Shown piece after piece: positions 50,119 to 59,417 of a stretch of DNA of 64,000 nt (the stretch's first letter is position 1; every line of letters starts with the position of its first letter). Under the pieces are notes generated by a model. The model worked only from the letters and a program-made list of their open reading frames with translations, was not told where the DNA came from and did not search any database. The stretch comes from an uncultured Chloroflexia bacterium (GTDB lineage Bacteria > Chloroflexota > Limnocylindria > Limnocylindrales > CSP1-4), in contig CAWIQP010000011.1 of the NCBI GenBank assembly GCA_963838285.1, positions 75,917 through 139,916 of the forward strand, given 5' to 3'. The translations under genes were made by a program, and so were the position numbers.

Positions 50119-50915
50119 CAGCAGGGGCGAGCGCCGGAGCAGGCGCGGTTGCGGGATCGACCGCCAAGCGCGTCGAGGAGCTCTCGTTCTTCTTCCCCGC
50201 GCACAACGAAGAGGCCAACCTCGAGGCCCTGGTCGACGAGGCGCTGGGCGCCCTACCCGAGCTTGCGGAGAAGTTCGAGATCATCGCGGTGGACGACGGC
50301 TCGCGCGACCGCACGCCCGCAATCGCCGACGAGCTCGCCGCCAAGCATCCGGGCGTCTTCCGGGTCGTTCATCACCCCACCAACCTCGGCTACGGCGCGG
50401 CCCTTCGGTCCGGGTTCGGGGCCACCCGCTTCGGGCTGATCGCGTTCATCGACGGCGACCGCCAGTTCAGGGTCGCGGACGTCGGCCGGCTTACCGAGCG
50501 GCTCGCCGCGGCCGACGCCCCGGACGTCGTGGTCGGATACCGCATCGGGCGGGCCGACCCGCTCATCCGGCGCTGGTACGCTCGCATCTACCACTTCTCG
50601 AACCGGATCTTCTTCGGTGTCCGGGTCCGCGACATCGACTGCGCCTGCAAGCTCTTCAAGCGCGAGGCACTGGTCCCGGTCCGGATATCGTCGGGCGGCG
50701 CCTTCTTCACGGCCGAGCTGCTGATCAAGCTTCGCTACGAGGGTCGCAAGCTGGCGGAGGTCGGCGTTCCGCACTACCCGCGGATTGCCGGCTCCCAGAC
50801 CGGGGCCAGACCGAAGGTCGTCCTGCGCGCGGTGCGCGACTTCTGGGGGCTGCGGTTCCGACTGTGGTTCCGCCGCGGCGGGGCGATGCGGCGCGGAGAG
50901 CCGATCCTCGGCTAG
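50115..50915 (+). CDS. GT2 polyprenyl-phosphate sugar synthase (Ppm1/DPM1-like)
   Basis: GTGA overlap; FFFPAHNEEANL...IIAVDDGSRDRT...GYGAALRSG...DGDRQF...DCACKLFKRE. Confidence 0.85.
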   Translation: MTAGASAGAGAVAGSTAKRVEELSFFFPAHNEEANLEALVDEALGALPELAEKFEIIAVDDGSRDRTPAIADELAAKHPGVFRVVHHPTNLGYGAALRSGFGATRFGLIAFIDGDRQFRVADVGRLTERLAAADAPDVVVGYRIGRADPLIRRWYARIYHFSNRIFFGVRVRDIDCACKLFKREALVPVRISSGGAFFTAELLIKLRYEGRKLAEVGVPHYPRIAGSQTGARPKVVLRAVRDFWGLRFRLWFRRGGAMRRGEPILG

Positions 50916-50925
50916 TCTCGCCGGT

Positions 50926-51188
50926 CGGGCGGCCGATCCCTTCGTTGGCTTCTCCGCTCCTCGCTCACGCACGTCCAGGTGCGCTCGCTGCGGTGCTCGC
51001 GCGGCGCCTCGGCCTCGGCTCGCCGGACCGGCGAGAGTCTCCTGGCGGGCGGCCGATCCCTTCGTTGCCTTCTCCGCTCCTCGCTCACGCACGTCCAGGT
51101 GCGCTCGCTGCGGTGCTCGCGCGGCGCCTCGGCCTCGGCTCGCCGGACCGGCGAGAGTCTCCTGGCGGCCTGGCGGGCGGCCGATCCC
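50926..51188. repeat. tandem repeat, period 120 bp, ~2.2 near-identical copies with internal palindromes
   Basis: 50941-51060 and 51061-51180 differ by one substitution plus an 8-bp duplication (CCTGGCGG); contains CTCGCCGG-A-CCGGCGAG perfect palindrome and CGCAC-N6-GTGCG hairpin; lies between convergent genes. Confidence 0.9.
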
Positions 51189-51213
51189 TGCCGCGCGGCG
51201 CCTCGGCATCGCG

Positions 51214-51738
51214 TCACTCGGGAGGCGGCCCCTCCGAACCCGGCCCCTCGCGATGCTCTTCTTCAAGGTCGACGTCCAGGGAGTTGACGAATTCGCGGAA
51301 GACCTCGAGCTTCTCGTCGACCTGCGACTCGGGCTCGACGCCCGCTCGATCGATGACATCCGTGGCGGCGAAGATTCGGACGCCCGTCCGGACGGCCAGG
51401 GCCAGCGCGTCCGACGGCCGGGCGTCGATCGCGTAGGTGCGGCCGCCCAGTTCCAGCTCGAGCGTGGCGTGGAACGTCTCGTCCGAGAGACTCGAAACGA
51501 TGACGCGCTGCAGCTTCACGCCGAGTTCGGCCAGGGCGGTGGCGAACAGGTCGTGGGTGAATGGCCGCTCGGGGGTGACCCCCTGCAGGCGTGTCGCGAT
51601 GGCATTGGCCTCCCAGGGGCCGATCCAGATCGGGAGGTAGCGTTCGCGTCCCGTTTCCTTGAGCAGGACGACGTGCTGGCTGGAGAGCATGTGCACCCGG
51701 ACGCTCTCGACGACGACTTCGACGAGCGACTCTGCCAT
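51214..51738 (-). CDS. bifunctional nuclease (BFN/DUF151) family protein
   Basis: MLSSQHVVLLKETGRERYLPIWIGPWEANAIA...RPFTHDL...IDARPSDALALAVRTGVRIF; acidic C-terminus. Confidence 0.8.
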   Translation of the reverse strand: MAESLVEVVVESVRVHMLSSQHVVLLKETGRERYLPIWIGPWEANAIATRLQGVTPERPFTHDLFATALAELGVKLQRVIVSSLSDETFHATLELELGGRTYAIDARPSDALALAVRTGVRIFAATDVIDRAGVEPESQVDEKLEVFREFVNSLDVDLEEEHREGPGSEGPPPE

Positions 51739-51781
51739 CGGTCGATTATCCCACTCCGGGCGCGGCGCGGCCCCCGACCGG

Positions 51782-54040
51782 CTAGTGCTTCTTGGTCGGC
51801 GAGGGCGTCGGCAGCGGGATGAGGCTGGGCCCCGGCGAGGCCGAGGCCGAGGGTGCGGCGGACGGATTGAGGTAGGCGCTCATCAGGTTGCCGCCTTCGG
51901 TCCAGTACAGGGTCGGGCTCGAACCGCCGGTGCCGGGGATCACGAACATTCCGGTGAGGGCCGAGAACCAGGGCGTGTTGGCTGGAACCATGTACTGGCC
52001 GACGATGCTGCCGTCGCTCTTCGTGAACGCGACGATGCGCCGGTTCAGCCCGTCGTAGGCGTAGAAGGTGCCCGCGTCCTGGGCCGGGTTGTCGGCAGTG
52101 AGGCGCGTGTAGAAGGGACCGTTCGGCCGGAGCAGCTGGTCGCCCGTCGAGGCGGGCTTCCAGGTATGGACCACCTGGCCGAGCTCGTACTGGGTGATCT
52201 GGCCCTTGTCGACGAGGTAGACCTTGCCGTCTACGTACATGTCGTCGACCGTCGAGACGTCCTGGGAGACGCTCAGGTAGTTGATCCGGCCGAGCTGGGG
52301 ATAGCCGCTGCCGTCGGGCGACGGCGGGTACTTGAGGACCTGGTGCTGGCTCGGGGCCACGATGTAGAAGTTGTACTGATCCTGGTTGGCGTTGGTGATG
52401 AACGTCCCCATGGCGCGCGGCCCGACGCCCCAGTTGGCGTTGTCGGGGATGCTGACCTTGATCAAGGACCCACGACCCGTGGTGTCGCCTTGCGCCGGGT
52501 GCCACCGCCACAGCGAGTTGAACGAGTCGAGGATCAGGACGTCCTGACCGCCGGTTGCAAGCAGGCGCGGAGTCCCGACGATACCGCCACCGATGGGCGG
52601 CGGCTGATTGACGATCAGCACCGGGATCTTGGCCCCCGTCTGCAGGTTCACCCGATAGACGGTGCCGACCGTGCTGTCGAGGACGTAGGCCGCTCCGTCG
52701 GGACCGAGCACGAGACCTTCCAGATCGTCCGTCAGGAACGACAGGACGACCTTCGGCTGGACGGTGGTCACGTGGTAGTAGTCGTTCAGACCGGCCACGA
52801 CCTGGGCTCGCAGACCGGCCAGATCGGCCGAATCGTAGCCGTTCTGCTGTGCCACCTGGAGTTCGCTGTAGGCATCCTCCAGATACCCGGCCGCCGTGGC
52901 CGGGTCGCTCGAGAGGAGGTCCTTGCCGTTGCCGTAGACGTCGAAGAGGTCCGTCACGACCTGGTTGTGGGCCACCTGGGCCTTCTGCTGGCGGTCGACG
53001 TTGTCGGTGCGGCCGGTCCCGGACAGCAGCCACATGCTGGTGCCGACGATGGCGATCACCGCCAGCAGGCCGATGACCGCGATGGCGGCACGCTGCTGCC
53101 GCTCCCGTCGAACGGTCATGGGCGTCACTCGACCGCGGGACATGGCCCGCTGGGGCATGCGGTCGAAGAAGCCGTAGACGCCGCGACGCAGCCAGCCGTC
53201 GGCGACGATCTGGGCCTGCCGGGCCGATGCCTGGACGGCGGTCACGCCGCCGGACACGGCGTCGGCCAGGGGGATCGGCGAGCGTTCCGGGGCTCCGGCC
53301 ATCGAGTCGCCCGGCCAGACCGGCTTGAGAGGCGACGCCTTGTGAGTGGACGCGACCTCCGAGGCCTCGATGACCACGACGCCGTCGCCGCCGGTGCTGC
53401 CGAGGCTGCCCGACCCGAACTGGCGGTGGATCTGCTCGACGGCGGCCTGAGGATGCAGCTGCATGACCGCGTCCTGGATCGGGCCCAGGCCGATGCGCCG
53501 GGAGACGTTCGGGGACATGAGGATGAGGCAGTCGCCCGCGGTTATCTCGCCGTGCCAGACCTCGGGGCCATCCACGTCGTCGACGGGCAGGCCGCTGTCC
53601 GGGCTCGAGTCCGGGAGGGTCAGGAGCCGCGCCTGCCGGACGAGGTAAGCCTCGGCCGGGCCGAGCGTGGCCACGTAGAGCTCGTTGCCCCTGACTACGG
53701 CGAGGGCGAGACCGATCGGACCGGATTCGCCGGCGGCGACGACCGGCCTGTCCGGCGAGTGGAAGAGGACCTTGTTGGCCGCGCCGATCGACTTCCGAAG
53801 GCAGACGGCAATACCGGCCGACAGGTCGTAGTAGTAGTCATCCCGTATACGCTCGGCAACGAGCTTGGTCGCCTCGCGCAGCTTGCGCCCACCGGCCCCC
53901 GTGACGAGCAGGTACAGGCTCCCCTTGGTGCGCGACGTCGAGCCGATGAGGGGCTCGACAACGACGACGGTGTCGGCTGAGTCGGGTAGTCGTTGTGACT
54001 CGGCGAGGACGCCGAGGTTCATGTGCAGACGGACTGCCAT
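51782..54040 (-). CDS. membrane protein with N-terminal cytoplasmic domain, single TM and C-terminal extracytoplasmic beta-propeller-like domain
   Basis: 752 aa; TM AAIAVIGLLAVIAIVGTSMWLL near aa 300; repeated strand motifs in C-terminal 400 aa; Pro/Ser-rich tail LIPLPTPSPTKKH. Confidence 0.45.
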   Translation of the reverse strand: MAVRLHMNLGVLAESQRLPDSADTVVVVEPLIGSTSRTKGSLYLLVTGAGGRKLREATKLVAERIRDDYYYDLSAGIAVCLRKSIGAANKVLFHSPDRPVVAAGESGPIGLALAVVRGNELYVATLGPAEAYLVRQARLLTLPDSSPDSGLPVDDVDGPEVWHGEITAGDCLILMSPNVSRRIGLGPIQDAVMQLHPQAAVEQIHRQFGSGSLGSTGGDGVVVIEASEVASTHKASPLKPVWPGDSMAGAPERSPIPLADAVSGGVTAVQASARQAQIVADGWLRRGVYGFFDRMPQRAMSRGRVTPMTVRRERQQRAAIAVIGLLAVIAIVGTSMWLLSGTGRTDNVDRQQKAQVAHNQVVTDLFDVYGNGKDLLSSDPATAAGYLEDAYSELQVAQQNGYDSADLAGLRAQVVAGLNDYYHVTTVQPKVVLSFLTDDLEGLVLGPDGAAYVLDSTVGTVYRVNLQTGAKIPVLIVNQPPPIGGGIVGTPRLLATGGQDVLILDSFNSLWRWHPAQGDTTGRGSLIKVSIPDNANWGVGPRAMGTFITNANQDQYNFYIVAPSQHQVLKYPPSPDGSGYPQLGRINYLSVSQDVSTVDDMYVDGKVYLVDKGQITQYELGQVVHTWKPASTGDQLLRPNGPFYTRLTADNPAQDAGTFYAYDGLNRRIVAFTKSDGSIVGQYMVPANTPWFSALTGMFVIPGTGGSSPTLYWTEGGNLMSAYLNPSAAPSASASPGPSLIPLPTPSPTKKH

Positions 54041-54124
54041 TGGCGGCTACTAGCGGCGGGACTGATTGCGCCCGTGGTATCCAGCCGCATCCCAGGCGGC
54101 CGGACTGGCGTTCGCAGGTGGGGA

Positions 54125-54571
54125 TTATACGTGGCGCGTCGTTATGCGGAGCTGACGGACGGGCGCCCGAGTTGTGGCTCGGAGCGCGGCGAGGAGCTCG
54201 GGCGAGCGCAGGCGCACCTCCTGGGCGACGATCGGCTCGTCCGTTTCGACGGTCGCCACGCCCTGTCGCAGGTCGACGAGACGGCACGATCCGGCCGCCG
54301 CGGGGATGCGCTCGGCCACGATTTCCAGCCAGGCGGCCGCCGCTCGAGCCTGTTCGAGCTGGTCCTCCAGGCCGAACTGCCGAGCCGTCCGCGGCAGCAG
54401 ATCGGCCAGCCGCTCCATGCCCCTGGGCTTGTCCTGCGGGTCGCGGTCGAGATCGCCGGAACCGGCGCGACGGTAGCCGCCTTCGGCGCCGCCGCGCTCG
54501 CCGACCTCTCGCTCGACCCGGCCCCTGTCGCCGGGGCCGCCTTCGCCCGGCCGGCGAGTGGAACCCGTCAT
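54125..54571 (-). CDS. DUF721-family protein (conserved recF-downstream gene)
   Basis: internal ATG 54571 forms ATGA overlap with recF stop; ...GMERLADLLPRTARQFGLEDQLEQARAAAAWLEIV...LRSPELLAAL. Confidence 0.65.
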   Translation of the reverse strand: MTGSTRRPGEGGPGDRGRVEREVGERGGAEGGYRRAGSGDLDRDPQDKPRGMERLADLLPRTARQFGLEDQLEQARAAAAWLEIVAERIPAAAGSCRLVDLRQGVATVETDEPIVAQEVRLRSPELLAALRATTRAPVRQLRITTRHV

Positions 54572-55908
54572 GAGCCGCCCTCCACAATCCGCGCGCCACC
54601 CTCGCCATCCGGCACCACTTGCCACGGCCGCGCCCGGCGGCGCAGGTCGACGTCGATGTCCTCCGGGTCCGTCGTCGTGACGAGTGCCTGGGGCAGCTCG
54701 GCGATGCGGCGCACCAGGTGCCCCCGGCGGACGTGGTCCAGCTCGCTGAATACGTCGTCGAGGAGCAGCAGCGGCGGCCGGCCGTCCAGCGACGTCAGCA
54801 GGTCGAGCTCCGCCAGCTTGAGCGCCAGGATTGCCGTCCGCTGCTGGCCGCGGGACGAGAAAGTGGCCAGGTCGCGTCCCCCGAGGCCGAACATCAGGTC
54901 GTCGCGGTGAGGACCGACGAGGGTGGAGCCGTTCCAGACCTCCTTCTCGGCCGTCTCGGCCAGCCGCCTCGCCAGGGCGTCCCGCGCCGCCTCGCCGGGG
55001 AGCGGCGCGGCATTCGATACATACGCGACCGTGAGCCGCTCCTCGTCCGGCGCGATCTCACGGTGGGCGGCGGCCAGAGGCTCCGCCAGCAACTCCAGCA
55101 GGCGAAGCCGCGCCTCCACGACCGCGGCCCCGGAAGCGAGAAGCGGCTCGTCCCAGAGCCGGAGCTGGTCGCGGTCCGCCTCGCCCTCGCGAATGGCCCG
55201 CAGCAGGCTGTTGCGCTGCTGCAGGGCCCGGCCGTAGGTGACCATGTTGGCGGAGTAGCTCGGGTCGTGGGGGGCGGTCAGTCCATCCAGGGCGGCTCGC
55301 CTCAGCGCCGGCGACCCGATGACCAGCAGCATCTCCTCGGGCGCGAAGAGGACGGTCCGCAAGTGCTCCGCCAGCGCCCCCGGCCGTCTCGGAACGCCGT
55401 TCACCTGGATTCTCTTTCGGCCGCCCGCCTGGAGCGTCAGTTCCAGGGACGCGACCGGCGGCGTGGGGGCCGGCACACCGAAGGCCGCCATCTCCTCTGT
55501 GCTGGGCCGCGCGCCGCCCCCGCCCGCGTCGGTTGCTCCCGCGTCGGTTGCTCCCGCGTTGCGGTCACCAGCCGCCGGCTCCTCGAAGCGCCCCAGAAGG
55601 CCTTCTATCCGGAGGAAGTCCGCGCCCCAGCGGATCAGCTCGGCGTCGGTCGCGGTCCGGTGGCTTCGTCCCAGCGCCAGCAGCACCACGGCCTCGAGCA
55701 GAGTCGTCTTGCCCGCGGCGTTCGGTCCCCATATGAGCTGCGGCCCGGGCCCGAGCTCGATGTCGAGCGCGGCGTAGCCCCGGAGATTCCGGATGGTCAG
55801 AGATCGAAGGAGCGTCGCGGGTCTCCGGTGAGACGCGCCGGCGCGAGGATCGGAGATGTGCGGCTCCTGACGGTCGTTGATCTCGTGCCCTTGATCCGCC
55901 GGTCGCAA
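54568..55908 (-). CDS. recF: DNA replication and repair protein RecF
   Basis: LRSLTIRNLRGYAALDIELGPGPQLIWGPNAAGKTTLLEA (Walker A)...; contains a low-complexity insert (AGATDAGATDAGGGG); N-terminal 33 aa of ORF may not be translated. Confidence 0.9.
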   Translation of the reverse strand: MRPADQGHEINDRQEPHISDPRAGASHRRPATLLRSLTIRNLRGYAALDIELGPGPQLIWGPNAAGKTTLLEAVVLLALGRSHRTATDAELIRWGADFLRIEGLLGRFEEPAAGDRNAGATDAGATDAGGGGARPSTEEMAAFGVPAPTPPVASLELTLQAGGRKRIQVNGVPRRPGALAEHLRTVLFAPEEMLLVIGSPALRRAALDGLTAPHDPSYSANMVTYGRALQQRNSLLRAIREGEADRDQLRLWDEPLLASGAAVVEARLRLLELLAEPLAAAHREIAPDEERLTVAYVSNAAPLPGEAARDALARRLAETAEKEVWNGSTLVGPHRDDLMFGLGGRDLATFSSRGQQRTAILALKLAELDLLTSLDGRPPLLLLDDVFSELDHVRRGHLVRRIAELPQALVTTTDPEDIDVDLRRRARPWQVVPDGEGGARIVEGGS

Positions 55909-55927
55909 GACCCGCGTGCTCGCGGAC

Positions 55928-57046
55928 CTACGAGGTCGTCTTGACGGGCATGACTACGTGGACGTACTGCTCGTCGGGGACCGGCCGGAAGACGCCGGGC
56001 GAAAGTGGCCCATTCAGCTCGATCGAGAACTGGTCCGCGTCGACGTTCGTCAGGACATCCAGCAGGTAGCGGGCGTTGAAGGCGATGGTGGTTCCGTCGC
56101 CCTCGACCTTGGCCTCGACGTCGCTCTTGTTGTCGCCGACGTCGGCTGCCGCGCTGACCGTCACTCCGATCTCGGCGTCCTTGCCGACCTGGAGCTTGAC
56201 GATGTTGGCCGACGAGCTGGCGATCAGGCTGGCCAGCCTGACGGCCGCCAGAAGCTGGTCGCGGTCGACTGTGGCCTTCGTAGTGAAGCCCTTGGGCAGC
56301 ACCTGCTGGTAGTTGGGAAACTGGCCGTCAATCAGGCGGCTGACCAGATCGAAGCCCTCGAGGTGGAACAGGATCTGGTTGCGGCTCGGCGACAGGACGA
56401 TGTCGACCGGGTCGTTCGTATCGGACAGGACCCGCGAAAGCTCGTGGAGCGAGCGGGCCGGCACGACGACGCTCGTCTCCTCGACCGGGTCGAGCACGGT
56501 CAGTGTCTTGACCGCGATCCGGTAGTTGTCGGCCGCCGCCAGAGTCAGCTTGTCGCCCTCGAACCTGGCGAGTACGCCGGTCAGGATGGGCCGCGCCTCG
56601 TCCGTTGCTGCGGCGAAAGTCACCTCACCGAGAGCCGACCGCAGGACGTTCTGTGGGACCCGCGTGGTCGGCCGCTCGCCTGCCGTCGGGATCGCCGGGA
56701 ACTCCTCGGCGTCTATGCCCTTGACTCGCGTCTCGAACCGGCCGGCCTGTATGTGAAGAGTTTCCTGGGCCTGGAGTTCGAGATCGACGCGCTCGTTGGC
56801 AGGCAGGCCGGCCACGATATCGGCCAGCAGGCGCGCCGGCACGGTCATCGAGCCGCCGGTGTCTATCTTGCCCGGCACCCAGTACGTCATCCCTATCTCG
56901 AGGTTGGTCGCGGTCAGCTTGAGACCGCCGTCCTCCGTTCGAAGAAGGACGTTGTTCAGGACCGGCAGCGTGCTTCGGGTCGAGACGGCACGGCTGACAA
57001 CCTGGAGACCACGAGCCAGGTTCTCCTGCATGACCGAGAGTTTCAC
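55928..57046 (-). CDS. dnaN: DNA polymerase III beta sliding clamp
   Basis: VKLSVMQENLARGLQVVSRAV... three-domain clamp; start placed at GTG 57046 (ORF extends to ATG 57076). Confidence 0.9.
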   Translation of the reverse strand: MKLSVMQENLARGLQVVSRAVSTRSTLPVLNNVLLRTEDGGLKLTATNLEIGMTYWVPGKIDTGGSMTVPARLLADIVAGLPANERVDLELQAQETLHIQAGRFETRVKGIDAEEFPAIPTAGERPTTRVPQNVLRSALGEVTFAAATDEARPILTGVLARFEGDKLTLAAADNYRIAVKTLTVLDPVEETSVVVPARSLHELSRVLSDTNDPVDIVLSPSRNQILFHLEGFDLVSRLIDGQFPNYQQVLPKGFTTKATVDRDQLLAAVRLASLIASSSANIVKLQVGKDAEIGVTVSAAADVGDNKSDVEAKVEGDGTTIAFNARYLLDVLTNVDADQFSIELNGPLSPGVFRPVPDEQYVHVVMPVKTTS

Positions 57047-57076
57047 GTTTGTCTCACTCCCCTGAAGACCGGGCAT

Positions 57077-57599
57077 GGCGGACTGCGATCGGGAATCTGG
57101 TGACGGGCGACGATCCTACTCCAGGTGGATTGTCTATCTATCTTCTCTTCCCGTCATCACCGTAATCATGGTGTGGAGACTGTGGGTTCGCTGCACGGCC
57201 ACGCTCGGGCCGGCGGTGGATGAAGCCGCTCTTCAGGTGGAGCGTTCGCGACAAATCGGGGATTAGCGGCGCGATCGACGGTGGACTTGTCGAGGCGGCG
57301 TCGCCGCAAGCCTCGGCTACCGGTCTATCGGTCCACCTGGGGCGACGGTCGGACGTCCGAGTTCCCCACAACGGAGGCGGTTTCTCCACCGAATTCCGGC
57401 GGCTTTTCCACAGGAGCGCGCTCGTTCGAGGCGTCGATGCGCGGAGCCGGATGGATCCGGCGCCGGGCTGCGGCGGTCCGTTTATTGGAGCGAACGGAGT
57501 TGGGTGAAGGAGTCCAGTCGACGCCGGCCGGGAACGCAGGGCTCGACAAACAGCCGGCGCCCGGACTGCTAACGCGGCTTCCGGCGATGCAGCCCGCCT
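57077..57599. other. probable oriC: dnaA-dnaN spacer with DnaA-box cluster and AT-rich unwinding-element candidate
   Basis: same-orientation boxes TTCCCCACA (57362-57370), TTCTCCACC (57382-57390), TTTTCCACA (57404-57412; 8/9 to TTATCCACA), TGTGGAGAC at ~57170; AT-rich ATTGTCTATCTATCTTCTCTT at 57128-57150. Confidence 0.6.
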
Positions 57600-58976
57600 C
57601 TACTCCGAGTAGATCAGCTCCCGGACTGCCGCCAGCTCGCGGCGGAGCTCGTCGTTGATGCCCATCTCGCGATTGATCTTGTCGCAGGCGTGGAGGACGG
57701 TGGAGTGATCCCGGCCGCCCAACTCGGCGCCGATGCGGAGCAGCGAGACGTCCGTCTCCTCGCGCATGAGGAACATCGCGATCTGGCGCGGAACGACGAT
57801 CGCCTTGTCGCGCTTCTGGCCCTTGAGGGCCTCGATCTGGACGCCGTAGTAGTCGGATACGGCGCGGGTTATCCGCTCCGGCGTGACCTGGCGCTTCTTC
57901 GGGTTGTAGAGGACGTTCGAGAGCACCGCCTGGGCCAGCTCGATCGTGATCGGCACCGCGCCCATGCTGGCGTACGCCACGATCCGATTGAGGGCGCCTT
58001 CGAGCTCCCGGATGTTGCTCACGACCTTGCGGGCGATGAATTCCAGGACGTCCGAGCTGACCGGCACGGCCTGCTCCTCCGCCTTGGCCCGAAGGATGGC
58101 GATGCGGGTCTCGAGGTCCGGCGCGGTCAGGTCCGCGATCAGGCCCCATTCGAAGCGGCTGCGAAGCCGCTCTTCCAGGGTGAGGATCGCCTTGGGCGGC
58201 CGATCGGACGACAGGACGATCTGCTTGCCGTCCTCGTGGATCGCGTTGAACGTATGGAAGAACTCTTCCTGAGTCCGCTCCTTGTCCGCGATGAACTGGA
58301 TGTCGTCGATCAGGAGCAGGTCGATACGGCGATAGCGGGCCCGGAAGTCGTCGATCTTGCCCTGCTGGATGCTGGTGATGAACTCGTTGGTGAACTTCTC
58401 GCTGGTGGCGTATACGACGCGCTTGCGAGGGAAGCGGGCCATCACCGCGTTGCCCACCGCGTGCATCAGGTGGGTCTTGCCCAGGCCCACGCCTCCGTAC
58501 AGGAAGAGCGGGTTGTAGGCGTGGCCCGGCCGCTCGGCCACGGACAGGCTGGCGGCATGGGCTAGACGGTTGGCCGACCCCACGATGAAGTTGGCGAACG
58601 TGTAGCGGGGGTTGAGGTTGGTCGAGGCGCCCTCGGGAGCGCCCACCCGCGTGGCCTCGAGGCGGACCGGCTGAGATACGGCCGGGGCCGCGGCTCCGCC
58701 GGAGGCGCCGTTGCCGTTGCCGGTATCGCCGGCGGGCCGGACCATGAATTCAACCTGAACGCTGTACCCGACTATGCGGGCCAGCGTCTGCGAAATCAGG
58801 GAGCGGTAGCGGGTCTCGAGCCAATCCTTGGCGAAACCGTTCGGCACGGCGATCTTGAACCGATTGTCGTCGACGTCGACGAGCACGGTGTCGCGCAGCC
58901 AGGTTTCGAAATTGGCGGGAGACAGGGAAACCTGGAGTTCTCCCAGTGCTGCGCGCCAGACTTGTTTCGCGTCCAT
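57600..58976 (-). CDS. dnaA: chromosomal replication initiator DnaA
   Basis: MDAKQVWRAAL...; AAA+ GGVGLGKTHLMHA; C-terminal DnaA-box-binding domain ...HSTVLHACDKI. Confidence 0.95.
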   Translation of the reverse strand: MDAKQVWRAALGELQVSLSPANFETWLRDTVLVDVDDNRFKIAVPNGFAKDWLETRYRSLISQTLARIVGYSVQVEFMVRPAGDTGNGNGASGGAAAPAVSQPVRLEATRVGAPEGASTNLNPRYTFANFIVGSANRLAHAASLSVAERPGHAYNPLFLYGGVGLGKTHLMHAVGNAVMARFPRKRVVYATSEKFTNEFITSIQQGKIDDFRARYRRIDLLLIDDIQFIADKERTQEEFFHTFNAIHEDGKQIVLSSDRPPKAILTLEERLRSRFEWGLIADLTAPDLETRIAILRAKAEEQAVPVSSDVLEFIARKVVSNIRELEGALNRIVAYASMGAVPITIELAQAVLSNVLYNPKKRQVTPERITRAVSDYYGVQIEALKGQKRDKAIVVPRQIAMFLMREETDVSLLRIGAELGGRDHSTVLHACDKINREMGINDELRRELAAVRELIYSE

Positions 58977-59417
58977 CGAGGCAGGCTTAGTCCTGTACGA
59001 GACTGAGATGGATAGCCAGAATCGTGACGGACACCCGGTCCACTACTACCCTCGTGGCGCCGTGAGCCTCCAACCTCCAGCCTCTCCCTCGGAGCAGTCC
59101 GGCGGTCCTCACGGTTCCTCTGGGCCTATGCCCAAGGTTGTCTGGCGCCGCGGGCCGCCGAAGAATAGCACCGCTTCAGCGGCGCGGGCAAGGACCTGTA
59201 CCGTATCGAATCGCATACTCCCCAGGAGTATCCGTCCTCATCCGCCAGAATCGGCTCGAACGCTCCCCGGGGGCCTGCGCTCGTTTGACACTCCGCGTCG
59301 CTCGTACATATAATCCGCCGGCAGACGCGCCAAAGCGCTTTCGTGCGCCCGGCGCGTTCGCGTGCCTTTTCGGGGTATCCTGACCCCGAGGCCCAATGGA
59401 GAGAACCACACCATCCG

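Noticed and set aside
50864-51436. ORFs reading through the 120-bp tandem repeat (repeated ...SLASPLLAHARPGALAAVLARRLGLGSPDRRESPGG)
   Set aside because: The peptide repetition simply mirrors the DNA repeat; three frames are open (GC effect) and no RBS/start context is present. Treated as non-coding
58977-59417. rpmH-dnaA spacer as the main DnaA-box cluster
   Set aside because: Only 5-6/9 matches (ATGGATAG, GGTCCACTA, GTATCCGTC); the dnaA-dnaN spacer has a much better same-orientation cluster
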